From positions 18,796 through 82,795 of IMG/VR virus record IMGVR_UViG_3300036780_000414: a stretch of DNA of 64,000 bases; one strand, written 5' to 3'. How positions within the stretch are numbered: position 1 is the first letter of the stretch; every line of letters begins with the position of its first letter. Shown here piece after piece: positions 19,621 to 31,449 of the stretch. Both the position numbers and the translations under genes were made by a program. This DNA comes from a virus. Below the pieces are notes generated by a model that was given only the letters and a program-made list of their open reading frames with translations, was not told the origin of the DNA and did no database searches.

Positions 19621-22600
19621 CTACAGGTAGTCAGGGGACGGGGTGACCATCTCCTCGCGCCGCAGGGACGGTGCCGCCTCGGCTTTGCGGGTGCCGGCCA
19701 GCCGCCACGCCGCCGGGAGCGGGAAGCCGGCGGACAGCCAGTCGTCTAGCAGGTCCACGCACTGCACCAGGTCCGCGGACTCCGCTTCGGTCAGGCCGCC
19801 GTTCTCAACGTATGCGTGCAGCAGGTCACGGATCTGATCGTGCAGCATGTCCGGGTCAGGCTGGTCATCGCCGCCTTCCCAGTCGAACAGCGGCTCAGGG
19901 CCTGCGTACTGGTCACCGGGGTCAGTCATCCGGCTACTTCCCTGATGACGGCGATCTCAGCGACCCGGTAGCCGGTCGGGGTAGAGGTGAGGTGCCATTT
20001 CCGGCAGCCGGGGCAACGGTAACTCCAGCGCTTGACACGCTTCTGCTCCCACAGGCTGGCGACGGCCTGGAGCGCGGACCTCTCGGTGGGGTAGGTGCCC
20101 TTGGCCTGCTTGTTGCAGACGCGGGCCCAGCCGCGCCTGCGGTGCTTGTAGCGGAGCCGGCCGCAGCGCTCGGAGCAGTACAGCTTCTGGCCGCCGCCGA
20201 GTACCGTCGTGTCAGCGTCGTCCCAGCAGAACACGCCCCCGCAGTACAGGCAGACCATGGCTAGGCGTGCTCATGCGGGATGCCGAGCAGGTCCAGTGCC
20301 TGCTCAAGCACCAGGGCGGTGTGCATCTCGAACAGTTCCTCTGCTGAGTCGTTGTCGTCGTCCTGGTAGGCGCTGATGGTGTCGTTGTCCAGCACCAGTA
20401 CCGGCAGCGGGCGGCCGAAGTCCCTGGCCCGGTCGCATTCCGCCTTGAGTTCGGCCAGCGTCTGGTAGATCACGGTCGCTTGTACCTCCGGTCATAGAAC
20501 AGGGTGTCGCCTTCGAGGCGCGGCAGCGGGCCGGCGGCCGGGTCGGACAGCTCCCAGCCTGACTCGGTGAGCCGGGGGTAGCCGGGCGGGCACTTATTAC
20601 CGTCGTCGCAGACATGGCCTGCGTAGTCGAACCCGCCGGGGCACGTCCTGCGGCTGGACTCGTCGGTGTCACGCATCGGTGGCTGCCTCCCTGTTGGTTT
20701 CGGCCGGGACTGCGGCCCGCCTGTCGAGTGCGATCTTCGTGAACAGGCCGACCGAACCGCCCATCGTGCGGAAGTCGGTGAGCGCCACCCACTCGTCGTC
20801 GGACAGCGGCCGGGGGTTGGGTGCCTCGCAGCGGACGCATACCGGGGTGCGCAGGCCAGGTGCACCGTAGACACTGAACCAATGCCGCCGGCCGTACTTG
20901 CAGCCGCTCATGACTGCGGCCCGGTGTGCTCGCACGGGCACAGCGCGTCGGCCAGTGAGTTTCCGGGGAACAGCCTCGCTGAGCACCCGTGCTCTTTGTG
21001 CAGCGACCAGAGGTGCCAGCACGCCTCGCAGTTCGTAGCGCTAGGCTGGCTGGCCCTCTCGTCAGCGCGGATCATCGGCTCGATCGCCTCGACGATCGCA
21101 CGGGCGATCGCCATGCGCTCGCTCAGCGGCACGAACCACTCATCGCCGGACATCATCTCGCTGAGCTTGTTGAAAGCGACCGCGTTGACGCGGTACCCGA
21201 TGCTGGCCGGGTCGACGGTGCCGCTCACGGGTCCCACCCATGTCCTTGCTCGATCTTGATCCGGGCGAGGAGCCCGGCATCCAGCGCCTGGCCCCAGTAC
21301 AGGCGGACACCCGCCTGCACGATGGTCCGGCCGGGTTGCCGGCAAGCGTCGTGGACCTCGTAAGCCCAGCGGCATGCCCCGTCCTTGTAGACCTTCAGCC
21401 GGAACCTGCACCAGGTGCCGCCGAATGCGATCCGCACATTCGGGTCACCCGCTCGCAGCGGCACGCGCACGTTCACGGTGAACGGCATGTCCGGCAGCAG
21501 GTGCGCCAGCGGGTCGTCAGCCATTGGTGGCCTCCGGGGTGCCGCTGAGCGTCTTGAGGTAGCCGCCCATTGTGGTCACCGCCTTGATGTCCTGGTCGCC
21601 TGGTACGCCGGACTCGCGGGCGGCTTGCACCCATTCGGCCACGTCGTCCAGCTTCAGCCGCTGGTGCGCGTAGTCAGGAGCTGGCACCATCGTGACCGGC
21701 TCAGGCTTCGGCTTCTTGATCGGCATCAGGGGGTCATCCCGTCTACTTCGGTCTTGATGCAGGCCGGGCAGTCCACCTTGCCGGTGCCGGGCAGCCCGTT
21801 GATCGGGTGGCCGCACCAGGTGACCGGCGGGATGACCGCGCCTTTCGCCGGGGTGACCAGCCGGTGCACCTGTCCGCCTGCCTGCCCGGTCGGGTGGTCG
21901 GTGTACGGCACCGACATGACATGGCCGTCGTACTTGCGCCACATCTGGGTGGTCTTCTCCCACAGGCTCGACCCGCGCGGCCCTGAGCACTGGAGGAACG
22001 CGGTGAACGCTTTCAGGTGGCCCTGCTCATTGTCCGGTACGGGGATGTCAGCCATGCCCTCTACGATCGACGGGCGCAGCGGCGTATTGATGTCATCCAG
22101 GCCCAGCCAGTGCTTGATCTCAGCCTCAGTCACCGCTTCGCGCTCCTGCCTCGGGCGGCTCCACGGCTTCTACTGTGATGTGCAGGCTGCCGGTCTGCCG
22201 GTAGGTTTCGTACTCGGCGGCGGTCATGTAGATGCGGCCGCGCACGTCAACCGCCGTCATGCCCTCATATGGCCCCATGTCGCAGTAGAAAGCTGAGCTG
22301 TAGTCCAGCTTCGCGTTCATGATCTTTCCCTCTCTCAGTTAGCCGGCGGGGGCTTCCAGGTACGCGGTGAACTTGACCTGAGCGCCGGCCCGGTACTCGT
22401 CAAGCTGCGCGGGGGTTAGAAGCGCGACTACCAGCGCTGCCACGCCGTAGCTGCCGTCCTCGTAGAGGGCGGCAGGGTCAGCGGCCTCATAGCGTGCCGG
22501 CAGTTCCGTGCGCTCCCCCGGCCCGGCTGGCTGCACGGTGACGGTCAGGCCGCCGTTCCGGGTGGCGTCGGCGTGCTCGTCGGTGGTCATGTACGCGGTG

Positions 22601-23436
22601 CCCCGGAACTGGCGTGCCAGCTGCCCCTGGTGCTGTCCGGCGTCGCAGAAGTACGGCTCCGGCATGAACTCAAAGCTGGTATCCACGTGCTCTCCTCTCT
22701 CAAGAGCCGACGGGTTCGATCTCAGCTAGGACCGACCCGTACGGCGGGGTTCCGTCCAGGCGGCCCCCCTCTTCGTCTTCTTCTCCGGGCTTGCTGGCGA
22801 TGTAGTCCAGGTACAGGCGGTCGCCCGGCTGGCCGGGGACGTGCCGGTTCAGCCATTCCGCCTGCTGTACCTCGCCCTTGAACCGCTTGACCGCTGTCTC
22901 GATCACGGCGGCGGCGGACTTGAACTGAGCCGGGCCGTCGCCCTCGAAGCTGCTGGCCGCGTACCTGTTGAACCGTTCCCTGGTCCAGTCGGCGTCCACG
23001 TTCCATTCTGCCTGCGGGGGGATCTCGTGCCCTTCGTCGCACGTCAGCTTGCCGCGCGCCGACGGGGCGTTGTAGTGGGTGCCGCCGTGGCACGATCGCG
23101 GGTGCGGTCCTTCCACGCGGCCCTGGTAGTGGGTGGCGCCGGGCACTACCGCGCCGTAGTGCATGATCTTCAGCACGTAGTCGGTCACAGCAGAACCTGG
23201 TACGTGTAGTGCTCCACGGCGTTCTCGTCCCGCCAGGTCAGCTTGTCGGTGGACACGGCAATCACCGCGTAGTCGATCGGCCCGACGCCGCTGGGCAGCT
23301 TCACCCAGTTCCCGGCCTTGACCTTCCGGCGCTGCTGCTCGGTGCTGCTGCGCGTGCCCTCCATTGACAGGGTGCGGCTGAACGGCAGGCCGGACACCCT
23401 GATCGTCCCGCCGCTCGGCGTCATCATCTCGATCAT
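19621..23436 (-). other. Run of small hypothetical ORFs, several Cys-rich (19621-19929, 19926-20258, 20261-20473, 21225-21524, 21726-22133, 22126-22320, 22339-22686, 22700-~23188, 23185-~23436 and others)
   Basis: Coupled minus-strand ORFs. Confidence 0.6.
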
Positions 23437-23469
23437 TGCTGCTTCTTTCCTGTCGTCTCTCACACCACC

Positions 23470-23488
23470 ATTGTACCGCATACATGTG
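23470..23488 (-). promoter_or_regulatory. Repeated phage promoter/operator copy
   Basis: CACATGTA-TGCGG-TACAAT. Confidence 0.75.
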
Positions 23489-23964
23489 TGGAGTACGGTG
23501 GGCTTCGGTGCCTGGCTCACCGGATGTCGTGGCGCTCGCGAACGTCAGCGGTACCGTGCTTGTAGAAGCGGTCCATGACGTCGAACAGCAGGTCGTAGAC
23601 CTCACCGCCGGGCAGGGTCATCTCCACGGTGCCCTGCTCGCGGATGCGCGGGTCGGTGCCGTTGTCGACCAGCCAGCGCTTGAGGCGGGCGTCGTTGCTG
23701 TTCCCGGCCGGGTAGTCGCGGTCGTCTTCGGGTGCTGGCGCGTTCATCCGCCGCCCCCGTTGAATACCTGCTCCTTGGGGTGGGTGCACGCCGGGTCGAG
23801 GCAGCAGTACCGGCCCGGTGCGGGCAGCGGCATGCCGGGGTAAGCAGCCCACATCATCTCCCCGTGCCGCTCAGCGCACGCCGCCCCGTCGACGCAGCGG
23901 AACACACCCGGCCGGATCTCCTTGACCTCGCGGATGGTGTTGCACCAATAGCACCTCACCGGGT

Positions 23965-24984
23965 CTACCTCGCCAGCTTGAATACGGTCTTGTCGGATGC
24001 GCGCAGCGGCAGCCCGTCCGGTCCCTTGAGGTACGCGCGGACCCAGGTGAGTTCCTGGGCGCACGCGGTGCAGTGCTTGCCCGTGCCGGATGCGATGGCA
24101 TGGTGCCCGTCTGCGGGGCGTTCCTGGTGCCGGTAGTGGCCCTGGACCGGCCAGCGGCAGGAGTAGAACCTGGTGGAGGACTGCCCGTCGCCCGGCTCGG
24201 TGACCCCCGTGATGCGGCGCAGCAGCACCACGCGGACTTCCGCGTGCCTGATCGACTTCTGCGCCCGCTTCCTGGTGCCGACAGGTATACCGCGCTTCTC
24301 GCTGCTGGTGATCTCCATCCCCAGGTATATCCACAGCAGGTGGATAAGCCCGAGGAACGACGCCGTGGACTCATGATCGGCGGGGTTGCGCGGCTTCGAG
24401 AACCGCAGGCCGAACGGCATCAGGGTGGTATGCGTCAGCACCAGCGGGCCTAGCTGGCTGGTGGCCCGCTCACCAGCGGTGGTGTCGGTGTCGTGCCGCC
24501 ACAGTGACATCCGCGCGCACGGCAGCAGGTGCTCGCCGCCGTCGTTGCTCCACGTTTCGGTGAATTCCCATGACAGGGCGCGGGCCAGGAACCCGCCGTC
24601 GCTGGTGCCGATCCGCCACGGGTCGTCCAGCCACGCGAACCCCGCCGGGGAGGGGATCTCCCGCTCGTCGATGTGGTCGATGTCCCTCATGGCGTTGTCG
24701 TAGGTGGCCCGCATGTCAGCGACCATGCCGGCGGTCACCTGGTACGTCACCGCCTTGGCCAGGCCCCGGCCGAGCAGCCTCGCCAGCTGGCCCCCGTGCT
24801 CAACGGTGGGGATCACGTCGGGGCCTTGCGGGATGACCGGGTAGAACGACATTGTGTAGCCGTGGTCGGACAGGTTCCGCTGCATGTGGTAGCGGATGAA
24901 GTCAGCCAGGTCCGCGGACGGGCACTGCATCCGGCTGGCCAGCTGCGCGTGGACGTTCAGCACGCCGACCGGGTTCAGGTTCAC
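23965..24984 (-). CDS. Conserved-type phage hypothetical protein with C-terminal VxGH[WY]R...WV..Y.KGP motif
   Basis: RWPVQGHYRHQ and TWVRAYLKGPDGLPL, with a Cys/His-containing insert between them. Confidence 0.6.
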   Translation of the reverse strand: MNLNPVGVLNVHAQLASRMQCPSADLADFIRYHMQRNLSDHGYTMSFYPVIPQGPDVIPTVEHGGQLARLLGRGLAKAVTYQVTAGMVADMRATYDNAMRDIDHIDEREIPSPAGFAWLDDPWRIGTSDGGFLARALSWEFTETWSNDGGEHLLPCARMSLWRHDTDTTAGERATSQLGPLVLTHTTLMPFGLRFSKPRNPADHESTASFLGLIHLLWIYLGMEITSSEKRGIPVGTRKRAQKSIRHAEVRVVLLRRITGVTEPGDGQSSTRFYSCRWPVQGHYRHQERPADGHHAIASGTGKHCTACAQELTWVRAYLKGPDGLPLRASDKTVFKLAR

Positions 24985-25973
24985 AGGATCTGCCTCAGGT
25001 TGAGTACCAGCGCCCAGATGGCTTCCGGCGGGTACCGGAGGCTGATCCAGTACTCCCTGACTTTCCGCTTGTACTCGGGGGCCTGCTTGCGGTAGCCGGT
25101 GACCTTGACTTCGATCACGTCACCGCGATGGCCGCTGTCCTCGGACAGGATCACCGTCAGGCCGGTCGCGACGACGGTTGTCACCGGCCCGCTGTAGTAC
25201 TCGATCTGCTCCGTGTCGTCCAGCTCAGCGGTGACTTTCCGGTAGCGGTGCACGCTGGTCTTCACCGCTCAGCCCTCCCGGCTGGTGTGCCAGCTGAGCC
25301 CGTGCGGGTGCTGCGGCTCACGGCACCCGCACAGCTGCACCTCACCGATCGCGAGGCTGGCGGGGACGCTGAACAGCGGCTGAAGCCGGTACCTTCGGGT
25401 GATCTCCCCGCCCTTGTCGGCCGGGTAGATGTCGCACCAGTTGCCGGCACCGAAGATCTCGATCACCCTGGCGCGGGCCTGCGCGGCGGTGTCCGCGAGG
25501 ATCACCGCGCAGAACTTCCCGAGTGGCAGGCCACCCAGCTCGGGGGCGGCCAGCTGCACGCGCCCGCTGCGGAGCACGTGGTCACCGCCGAACGTGACAA
25601 TCCACTGCGTCTCCGGCAGCTCGGGTTTCGCTGGCCCGCGATCGGGGCTCGGGTAGTAAGCGACCATCGTGTTCTCCCTCTCTCCAGGGTCTACTGCGGG
25701 CCAGGGAGCCCGGCGGCGAAGCACAGCGCCATGATGACCTGCTGCCGGCTCGGTACGGTCCCCGCCGGGAAGCGAGTCAGGGTGACAGCCTCCGTGCACT
25801 GCCACAGTGTCTGCCCGATCGCGCTCATCTGCGGGGCCACCACGATCGACCGGGCGTCCTCCCAGGTGACCGGATCCGGGTTGCGGATGCACGCCGTCAG
25901 GCGTTTCTTGATGCCCGTCCCCAGCTCCCGGCCGGTCTCACGCTCGAACTGGGGCCAGGTGAACGGCAGCCCG

Positions 25974-26405
25974 TCAGACATCGGCGTCTTCCTCTCTCTC
26001 ATCGGCCGCCCGACGCCGGGCGATGATCTTCATCAGGTACCGCGCTCTCGCGCGGGCGTCTGGGCCAGGGTCTCCCAGGTCCCGCCTGCCGTGCTCAGCT
26101 GCCTCAGCCCCGCTGGCGAACAGCGGCACCGGGGACTGGTAGTCGAATACGGCCGGGTCAATGTCACGCCCGTGCAGCCGCATCGCGAGGTTGTTATCCA
26201 TGTCGTGGGTGCCGACCCATCCGGCGCACAGCAGGTCAGGGGTCGAATGGCAGTGGAACAAGCTGAATGCGCCGACGGTTGCCTGCTCGCCCGTCTCCCC
26301 GTCGTACTGGGGTAGCTTGTCGTATTCGCTGGCCGCCCAGATGCCCGATGGCACATCCTTCCGGTACGGGCAGGACGGGCACGGGCGGGGGCGCACGGTG
26401 GTCAT
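25974..26405 (-). CDS. DUF6283-like Cys/His protein
   Basis: PCPSCPYRKDVPSGIW...YDKL..YD...FHCH...LCAGW pattern. Confidence 0.7.
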   Translation of the reverse strand: MTTVRPRPCPSCPYRKDVPSGIWAASEYDKLPQYDGETGEQATVGAFSLFHCHSTPDLLCAGWVGTHDMDNNLAMRLHGRDIDPAVFDYQSPVPLFASGAEAAEHGRRDLGDPGPDARARARYLMKIIARRRAADEREEDADV

Positions 26406-26409
26406 CGTG

Positions 26410-28295
26410 TCACCATCCGGCTGACCGTGAGATGCGGCGGATGACGTGCGCGGTGAACGCGTCCCGGTCAGCGCCGTTGCGCAGCTTCTTGGCGAGCTCC
26501 ACCAGCGGGTCCAGCAGCTCGTCCAGCGGGTCGGTGCCCTTAGCTTTCCGCTCGGCGGCTTTACGGGCGAGGTAGGTCTCGGCTGCGATCTCCTCAGCCC
26601 GCCATGCTTGCAGCAGCTCAGGGTCGGTCTCCCGGCCGGTGTAGGACTGCGGGCCGTAGATCCCGCTGAGCGTACCGTCAGTGTGCTCGATCTTGAACTC
26701 GTACTTGCCGCCGATCGGGTGGCTGCTACGGCCGATTAGGTAGGTGAGGGTGCCTTCGCTGTCCATCCACCCGACGACGCGCTTACCGCTGCTGCCGACC
26801 CGCGCGCCGACGCACGTCCACGTCTCAGTGACCGGCTCAGGCGTGGTCACGGCCACTGGCTCCCCGCCTCGAACGCGGTACGCCGCCCGGCATCCTCATC
26901 GGGCAGGCTCTGCACCGCCCACTGGCCGACCCGCTGGCCGTTGTCGTCCATGATCCCGCTGCTTAGCAGCGTGCCTCTGAGCATCGGCTCCTCCACGTCC
27001 TGGCCTGCGGGCGGCGCGACGGTGACCATGCCCAGCTCATCGCGGACACCTTGGAACAAGGCGGTCAGCTCTGCGTCCTCGGCTGCCTCCGGGTGCCGTT
27101 CGATCAGCTTGGCCCGGAGTGCTTCGAGCCGCCCGATCGCCCAGGCGGGGTTCCAGTCAGCATTGGGGACCGCTGTGGTAGCTGGCTGCGGGTCAGCGCT
27201 CATCGTCGTTGTCCTCTCCCAGGTAGGGGTCTGCGCAGACCTGGTACTGGCCGAACACCAGCGTCTCGCCGCTGCGGCAGGTGGTGTCAGCGTCGAACGT
27301 GACGACCCGGCCGAACTTGTCGAGCCAGAAGCGGTCATACTTGGCGTCGTTTGCGGTGAACAGCGCCTCGGGTACCAGGCCGATCAGCCCGGAGTCGACC
27401 AGGTACTCACCGCCGTGCTGATCGGTGCCGTTGTCAGAGCCGAACGCGTTGAACGCGAGCACCTGCACGCTGCGGGCTACGCCGACCGGCTTGGCGTCGA
27501 ACATGCCCGCGTCCTCGATCAGCAGCGGCCACTCGGATTCGGGTACCGCGTAGCAGGGGTCACCGAGGAAGTAGGTGCCGGGCGGTACCCGCACCTCCCA
27601 GTCGGTGGGCTTGTACGTCATCGGGGCGGGCAGCGCGAGCACGCCGAGCCCGGCGTTCCAGCCGCGCTGGTAGTCGTTCTCCGGGTGGCTGTAGGGGTTG
27701 GGCCGGGAGTGGCTGGCGTAGTCTCTGGCCTGCTTGACACCCGTGTCGTAGTCGTTCACTACGCTGTCCCTCTCTCGGTGTCGAGCTGCTGGCCGGTGCG
27801 TGACTCGGGGCACTGGTAGCAGCGGTAGGTGGCGTCCGGGTGGTGGCCGCCGCTGCTGACCAGCTCCCAGCGGTGCGGTTCGGCGCTGGTGCCGTGGGCG
27901 GGTGTCCAGGTGCAGGTGGCGTACCGGGTCCAGTGGACGAAATGGCTGCTGGCCCCGGTGTTGTGCGCGTGCTGCATCGCGTACGGGAGGACATGATGGT
28001 GGGTGGTCATGTGGTCGAGCCACAGCGGCTCATCCCACGCTGCGGTCAGGTCGCATGCGGCCTCAGCGTCGTCGTGGTCAACCTCGATCGCGCTGTACCC
28101 CTGGCTGCGCAGGTGCGCGGTCAGCTGCCCGGCGGTGCCGGTGAACGTCTCATCGGGGCCGGCTCCCGCGTGGTTGGCGTGGCTCTCGGTGCTGACGCAG
28201 GCCAGCCCCTCGACGCCGTGCGTGACGTGCGTGTCGTAGTACCAGGTGCGCGTGCCTGCTGGCACCTGGTGCTTGAACTTGAACTGCTCGCTCAT
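26410..28295 (-). other. Run of hypothetical ORFs (26410-26856, 26847-~27203, 27193-~27759, 27759-28295)
   Basis: Coupled minus-strand ORFs downstream of the promoter at 28319. Confidence 0.55.
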
Positions 28296-30124
28296 CGCCT
28301 CACCCTCTCTCTAACATCAGTGTACCACACACATGTAAGCAGTAGCGGGTGGCCGGGCGGTTCCTTTGAGCACCTGGTCACCCTGCACGGCGCCGCCCGG
28401 TAGCTGAACGCCTGCCCGTGGCCCGGTAACGACCTGACGGCAGGTGCCGCCTGACTCGCGAGGAAGAACACGTCAGCGGCCCGTATCCCCGTGCCGTCCT
28501 CGGTCACCAGGTTGTTGCTCCGCAAGGTTGACAGGTAAGAGCCGAAGGTGCTGCCCACCGGGTTGATGCCGGCGAGGGTCGCCAGGTCGGAACGGGAAAC
28601 TGGTTCCGGGTAGCGTTCCAGCAGGCAATCGAGCATCCCCCGCGCCCCGGCCTTGAGGACGCTGCGCCAGCGGGCGCGGATCTCCTCGGGCCTCGGCGGC
28701 GCGGCGTCCGCTGCGGCACCTGCGGCCGCCAGCCCGTCAGCCGTGATCACCACGAACACGCCGTCCTGGACGACCAAGCCGTTCATCCGCAGCGCCGAGA
28801 GATAGGAGCCGAAGGTGCTGCCGGACCCCTTGATGCCGGCAAGGGCGGCGAGCTGGCCACGGGTCATCTTCAGCGGGTGATGCCGTGCAAGCTGTTCGAG
28901 CATGTCCCGCGCGCCTGCCTTCAGCGCCCTCGAACCGCCGGCCGGCACCGGCCGGGCCACTTCACCATGCGACGGCTCCACAGCCTGGCGCTGCGGCTGC
29001 ACGGTTACCGGCGGCTTGGCGGCCCGGCTGAGCGCCAGTTCGACGCTCCCCGCAATATCCCGCAGGCCAGTGATGGCCTGCTCAAGCGCAGCGATGTCAC
29101 CGGCTGTCAGGACGGGCACCTCAACGCGCTCCGGTTCGCGGTGGCTAGCCTGGGCCAGCTGCGCGCGCAGCGTAGCGACTTCCCGGCGGAGGCTAGCAGC
29201 CGGGTCGTCGGGGACGCCGCCCTGTTGCAGCAGCACCGCCATCCGCTCAAGGTCTGCGGGGTTCACCGGCGCGAACCGGCGCGGCGTGACAGCCTGCTCG
29301 CCGACCTTCGGCGTAGCTGAGGAGTCGAACGTGCTGCGAGGGCGGACCTGGATCTTCCGCATGACTTCCAGCCAGCCCGGCGACCACACCCACGCTGTTC
29401 CTACGGGCAGCGACGGCAGGGAGTCCTTCAGCTCCCTCGCGTCCTCGTCGCTGGCGTGCAGCCGGATCCACTCGTCTATCGCGGCGACGTCGAGCTTGCC
29501 GAGCAGCCGCATCGCGATCAGTACCTCCACCTGCGAGCGGATCGCGGAGTGCAGCTGAGCAGGGCGCAGGGTGATGCTCGTTGAGCCGATGCCGGGCTTG
29601 CGGCCGCGCAGCACGATGTCCTCATAGGCGCCGAGCAGCCGGGGGTCACGCTCACCGGCCTGGCTGGCGAAGCGGTCTGCCTCGTCTATGACCAGGTGCA
29701 GCGGTTCCCGGTTCGCGCGGAACAGGCGCTCCATGAAATCGGTGGCGAACTTCCGCTGCTGCGTCTTCGACATCAGGAACATGTCCAGGACGACAGGTAG
29801 CCGCTCAGATGCCACCAGGTCCGCGACGGCTGTTCCCGACCTCGGGTCAAGTGGCAAGTCGGCGTGCTCACCGCCGAGGATCGTCACCGGCAGCCCTGGC
29901 CCCTGCCCGTCAGCGGAGGACCGCAGGCCCCACCAGGAGCCCATCGGGTCAAGCACGCACGCGGGCAGGCCCGCGCCGATCAGCTCCTCAACCAGGACTG
30001 ACGCAGTAGCGGTCTTCCCGCTGCCGCGCTTGCCGAAGATCAGGAACGTCTCGGTTACCGCGTCGATCGGCAATGCGAGGTCGCCTGCGATCCGCAGGTC
30101 ACTAGCTGCGGGCGCGGCTGGCAT
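28292..30124 (-). CDS. HerA/FtsK-superfamily (DUF87-like) ATPase with two tandem C-terminal winged-helix-like repeats
   Basis: Walker A GKRGSGKT, Walker B LVIDEA, RGRK motif; LKAGAR.ML..L...STFGSYLS.LR repeated twice; GAGGAGG RBS at ATG 30124. Confidence 0.8.
   Translation of the reverse strand: MPAAPAASDLRIAGDLALPIDAVTETFLIFGKRGSGKTATASVLVEELIGAGLPACVLDPMGSWWGLRSSADGQGPGLPVTILGGEHADLPLDPRSGTAVADLVASERLPVVLDMFLMSKTQQRKFATDFMERLFRANREPLHLVIDEADRFASQAGERDPRLLGAYEDIVLRGRKPGIGSTSITLRPAQLHSAIRSQVEVLIAMRLLGKLDVAAIDEWIRLHASDEDARELKDSLPSLPVGTAWVWSPGWLEVMRKIQVRPRSTFDSSATPKVGEQAVTPRRFAPVNPADLERMAVLLQQGGVPDDPAASLRREVATLRAQLAQASHREPERVEVPVLTAGDIAALEQAITGLRDIAGSVELALSRAAKPPVTVQPQRQAVEPSHGEVARPVPAGGSRALKAGARDMLEQLARHHPLKMTRGQLAALAGIKGSGSTFGSYLSALRMNGLVVQDGVFVVITADGLAAAGAAADAAPPRPEEIRARWRSVLKAGARGMLDCLLERYPEPVSRSDLATLAGINPVGSTFGSYLSTLRSNNLVTEDGTGIRAADVFFLASQAAPAVRSLPGHGQAFSYRAAPCRVTRCSKEPPGHPLLLTCVWYTDVRERVRR
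28319..28337 (-). promoter_or_regulatory. Repeated phage promoter/operator copy inside the 3' end of the ATPase ORF
   Basis: TACATGTG-TGTGG-TACACT, then GAGAGAGGG RBS for 27759..28295. Confidence 0.7.
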
Positions 30125-30296
30125 CTGCTTCCTCCTCAACAGCCCTGGCAACGGCCTCCTGCTCGTTGCAGTACACGGTCACCAGGTCAACGGCGACTTC
30201 ACTCATGCTCTTGCCGTTCCTCGCGGTGGCGGCCTTGAACCGCCTGCGCAGGTCGTCTGGGAAGCTACTGATCTCCAGCTTGTTCGGCCTGTCCAT
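30102..30296 (-). CDS. Ribbon-helix-helix DNA-binding protein
   Basis: KLEISSFPDDLRRRFKAATARNGKSMSEV follows the Arc/FitA-like beta-alpha-alpha pattern. Confidence 0.7.
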   Translation of the reverse strand: MDRPNKLEISSFPDDLRRRFKAATARNGKSMSEVAVDLVTVYCNEQEAVARAVEEEADASRARS

Positions 30297-30657
30297 CTGC
30301 CCTCTCCTCTCCCGTGATCCGGTAGTCCGCCGTCAGCAGCACCATCCCGAGCCGCCAGTGCCGCACGGGGATCTCCTCCGGGGGGCGCTTGTCGTACTTG
30401 CTGATGATCCAGCCGTTCTCGCGGGCGGTGCCGCTGCGCTGGTGCACGAAACCGTGGCACCACTCGTTGCCGTCAGCGTCGTGCAGGTTGTTGCCGAAGC
30501 CGCATAGCGTGATCCGGTTCGGGCACGCGTTGGTGCCGTGGCCGCCGCCGAGCCGGTGGTGGCAGTTGCTCGGCACGCCGCTGGTGATGACCCGGCCGCA
30601 GCGGAAGCACCTGCCCTCGTCACGCACCAGCACCAGCTGCCCGATGCTGCTCACCAC
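30265..30657 (-). CDS. HNH endonuclease-like protein
   Basis: RD.GRCFRCG, CHHR, N.ITLCG, CHGFVH. Confidence 0.75.
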   Translation of the reverse strand: MVSSIGQLVLVRDEGRCFRCGRVITSGVPSNCHHRLGGGHGTNACPNRITLCGFGNNLHDADGNEWCHGFVHQRSGTARENGWIISKYDKRPPEEIPVRHWRLGMVLLTADYRITGEERADGQAEQAGDQ

Positions 30658-30951
30658 GTGTACCGCTGCGGTGCGGGCGGCGTCACGGCTTCACCGTCGC
30701 CCGGTCAGCTAGCGCGCCCCGGCCGTCCGGGGTCAGCTCCCACAGCCACGCGCTGGAATGACCGGGGCGTGAGGACTGGCACAGGCCGGCGAACGCGGCG
30801 TCGGTGAGCAGCCGGTAGACGAACCTGTTGTCCAGCGTGACCGTGGCCTGGCTGAGCCCGGCCGTGATCACCCTTGCGGAGAAGCGGTGCGGCGGTGTCG
30901 CGGCGATGTAGCGCAGCACCGGCCACGTGTAGTCGCTCAGCGTCTCCAGGC

Positions 30952-31449
30952 TCACAGTCTCCATCCCTCCTGATAGCCCGGATGGTCGTCCCAGATCGCG
31001 GCGATCCAGTGATAGAGCGTGGAAGAGGTCACCGGCCTGATTTCCCCTGCCTCCTCCATCCGGCCGATCACCTCCACCTGCATCAGCAGGGCCTCAGCCA
31101 CGCGGACCATGCGGTCAGGGTCATTGAGCAGGATGTGCCGGGCGTCTTCCGGGCGCACCGGCTCAACCGTGTCGATAACCAGGTGGGGCATCAGCGCGGT
31201 GGCGGTGGGGTATTCCTCGATGCTGCGCAGGCTTGTCCGCCAGTCATCGCAGTGGAACAGCATCCGCCCGCCAGCACCGCCGTAAACGTCCGTGTCCAGG
31301 TTGAGCGCCACGTCATCGGCGGTGCACTCCCACCGCCAGTGCTCGGGCTTGACCGTGGCCTGGTCACCGTCGCCGCTGGCCGCCATCGCCGCCTGCTTAA
31401 TCTCCGCTAGGCGCGCCCTGATGAACTCGCTGACGGTCGTCACGGGCAC
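30952..31449 (-). CDS. DUF6221-like protein
   Basis: EFIRARLAE...HI..NDP.R...DHPGYQEGWR pattern. Confidence 0.65.
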   Translation of the reverse strand: MPVTTVSEFIRARLAEIKQAAMAASGDGDQATVKPEHWRWECTADDVALNLDTDVYGGAGGRMLFHCDDWRTSLRSIEEYPTATALMPHLVIDTVEPVRPEDARHILLNDPDRMVRVAEALLMQVEVIGRMEEAGEIRPVTSSTLYHWIAAIWDDHPGYQEGWRL

